Assembly (NCBI GenBank): GCA_018830295.1
Contig: JAHJSM010000002.1
Coordinates: 80,598 to 113,130 of the forward strand
Length of the DNA stretch: 32,533 bases
Direction: 5' to 3'
Source: Patescibacteria group bacterium
Lineage (GTDB): Bacteria; Patescibacteriota; Minisyncoccia; Portnoybacterales; UBA2143
This document shows, piece after piece, positions 31,009-32,533 of this stretch; positions within the stretch are counted from its first letter, which is position 1, and each line of letters opens with the position of its first letter. The notes beneath the pieces were generated by a model. That model was not told the origin of the DNA, searched no databases, and was given only the letters and a program-made list of their open reading frames with translations. The position numbers were made by a program, and so were the translations under genes.

Positions 31009-32418
31009 ATGAGAAGAATTTTAAATATTAAGGCGGTCGGGGAGATTGGTGAGGAGGTTAAATTGGCAGGGTGGGTCCATCAGCGGCGGGACCATGGGCG
31101 GATTATTTTCGCCGACTTGCGCGATAGGAGCGGAATTGTCCAGCTTGTTTTTTTGCCTGAAAATACGGTTTTGTATAAGCTTGCTAATTCCTTAAGAAGC
31201 GAATGGGTGATTGAGGTTGTGGGCAAGGTTAATAAGAGGCCCGGGAAAATGGTTAATGAAAAAATTTCCACAGGCGAGATTGAAATAGAGGTTAAGGAAT
31301 TGAAAATATTAAACGAAGCGAAAACGCCGCCTTTTGAAGTGGCGGAAGGCGCCAAGGCGAAAAAAGTGGGCGAGGAGGTTCGTTTGAAATATAGATATTT
31401 AGATTTGCGCCGTCCGAAGATGCGAAAAAATTTGTTTTTGCGGCATAAGATTGTTAAAACAATCAGGAATTTTATGGACAAGAGAGGATTTCTGGAAGTA
31501 GAAACGCCGCTTTTGACTAAATCAACGCCCGAGGGTTCGCGGGATTTTTTGGTGCCGAGCCGTTTGCATCCGGGAGAGTTTTACGCCTTGCCTCAAGCGC
31601 CTCAACAATTGAAGCAGTTATTGATGGTTGCGGGAATTGAGAGATATTTTCAAATTGCCCACTGTTTGCGCGACGAGGATTTGAGAGGAGACCGCCAGCC
31701 GGAATTTACCCAACTTGATATAGAAATGTCATTCGTTAAACGGGCGAATGTTATGGGCTTGGTTGAAAAACTTGTTTTGGAGGTTGTTAAGAAATTAATT
31801 GTATTAGACAAGGGACTATCTAAAAAACTTACATTTAAGCCGTTTTTGAAATTAGATTATCAAGAGGCGATTAAAAAATATGGAACAGACAAGCCCGATT
31901 TAAGAAAAGATAAAAACGACCCGAATGAGTTGGCTTTTGTTTGGATTGTCAATTGGCCTTTGTTTGAATGGAACAGCGATGAAAAAAGATACGAGTCCTG
32001 CCATCATATTTTTACTTCTCCCGTGGATGAGGATTTGCCTATTTTGGAAAAAGAGCCGCTGAAGGTTCGTTCGCGGCAATATGATTTGGTTCTTAACGGA
32101 AATGAAATTGGCGGGGGAAGCATTCGGATTCACCATCGGGACCTTCAGGAAAAGATTTTTAAATTGGTTGGTTTGGGCAAGGAGGAGGTTGAAGATAAAT
32201 TTGGTCATTTATTGAGGGCGTTTGAATACGGAGCGCCTCCCCATGGCGGACTAGCGATTGGATTAGACCGTCTTTTGATGGTGCTTTTGAACGAGGAAAA
32301 TATTAGGGAAGTGATCGCTTTTCCGAAGACGGGCGACGGGAGGGACTTAGTCATGGAAGCGCCGAGCGCGGTGACTCCGGAACAGTTGAGGGAGTTAGGA
32401 ATAGAGATAAAGAAATAA
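31009..32418 (+). CDS. aspS: Aspartate--tRNA ligase (bacterial-type core, short form)
   Basis: It has an N-terminal OB anticodon-binding domain, motif 2 (FQIAHCLRDEDLRGDRQPEFTQLDIEMSF), GGGSIRIH, and motif 3 (GGLAIGLDRL). At 469 aa it is shorter than the roughly 590 aa usual for bacterial AspRS. Confidence 0.93.
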   Translation: MRRILNIKAVGEIGEEVKLAGWVHQRRDHGRIIFADLRDRSGIVQLVFLPENTVLYKLANSLRSEWVIEVVGKVNKRPGKMVNEKISTGEIEIEVKELKILNEAKTPPFEVAEGAKAKKVGEEVRLKYRYLDLRRPKMRKNLFLRHKIVKTIRNFMDKRGFLEVETPLLTKSTPEGSRDFLVPSRLHPGEFYALPQAPQQLKQLLMVAGIERYFQIAHCLRDEDLRGDRQPEFTQLDIEMSFVKRANVMGLVEKLVLEVVKKLIVLDKGLSKKLTFKPFLKLDYQEAIKKYGTDKPDLRKDKNDPNELAFVWIVNWPLFEWNSDEKRYESCHHIFTSPVDEDLPILEKEPLKVRSRQYDLVLNGNEIGGGSIRIHHRDLQEKIFKLVGLGKEEVEDKFGHLLRAFEYGAPPHGGLAIGLDRLLMVLLNEENIREVIAFPKTGDGRDLVMEAPSAVTPEQLRELGIEIKK

Positions 32419-32421
32419 AAA

Positions 32422-32533
32422 ATGTTGGGTAAATTTTTAATTACTATATTGCTTATTTTTGAGCCGCTTATTTTTTCTGTTGAACCAGTTCAACAGCCGT
32501 TGCCCATTGAGGCGCCCGTTGAGGAAGAAATTG
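32422..32533 (+). CDS. 5' fragment of a hypothetical secreted/membrane protein (continues beyond window)
   Basis: ATG at 32422 lies 3 nt after the aspS stop. The frame stays open to the window end (MLGKFLITILLIFEPLIFSVEPVQQPLPIEAPVEEEI...) and the N-terminus is hydrophobic. Only 37 codons are visible. Confidence 0.35.
   Translation, partial: MLGKFLITILLIFEPLIFSVEPVQQPLPIEAPVEEEI

Noticed and set aside
1-32533. Mobile genetic element, prophage, DGR/retron or known defence system
   Set aside because: Any frame long enough to judge shows no integrase, transposase, reverse transcriptase, restriction/modification, toxin-antitoxin, Cas or phage structural genes. The two tRNA genes have no adjacent integrase or att-like duplication that I could see.

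Overview
This 32.5-kb window is a compact, AT-rich bacterial chromosome segment using the standard genetic code (TGA is a stop, seen in ATGA stop/start overlaps at 961-964 and 27266-27269). Tiny intergenic gaps, trimmed housekeeping proteins and DUF4012/GT4 surface-glycan genes suggest an uncultivated Patescibacteria/CPR-type organism; this is inference and cannot be verified without a database search. Gene order, left to right:
- dcw cluster: mraZ 3' end, rsmH, an ftsL-like gene, ftsI-type PBP, murF-like ligase.
- tRNA-Glu(CUC), a small EF-Tu-domain-2-like protein, a PP-loop ThiI/MnmA-like enzyme, lgt.
- A monocistronic small Cys4 protein with an Asn/Gly-repeat tail, driven by a perfect consensus promoter.
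- P-type cation (Ca2+-type) ATPase, CaCA exchanger, rmuC, rplU.
- Minus strand: recR, dnaB, corA.
- grpE, hsp20, dnaK.
- A 10.7-kb envelope/glycan locus: Wzz-like protein, lipoprotein, LysM protein with an aromatic beta-rich domain, lipoprotein, Wzy_C/O-antigen-ligase-like protein on the minus strand, radical SAM, GT4, DUF4012, GT4, membrane protein.
- dnaJ, a membrane protein, tRNA-Lys(UUU), a short bacterial-type aspS, and the start of a secreted or membrane protein.
I saw no CRISPR array, rRNA, transposase, integrase, reverse transcriptase or recognisable defence gene.
The signals most worth a second look:
1. The uncharacterised secreted trio at 19338-22440 inside the glycan locus.
2. Several families of intergenic palindromes. 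These are GC-rich type A/B hairpins sharing a GTTGC loop, long AT-rich TTTTCAATT/AATTGAAAA inverted-repeat elements, and two duplicated hairpins.
3. The strongly promoted small Cys/NG-repeat protein.
4. A recurrent TGGTAnnnT extended -10 box placed 6-9 nt before start codons, implying leaderless mRNAs.
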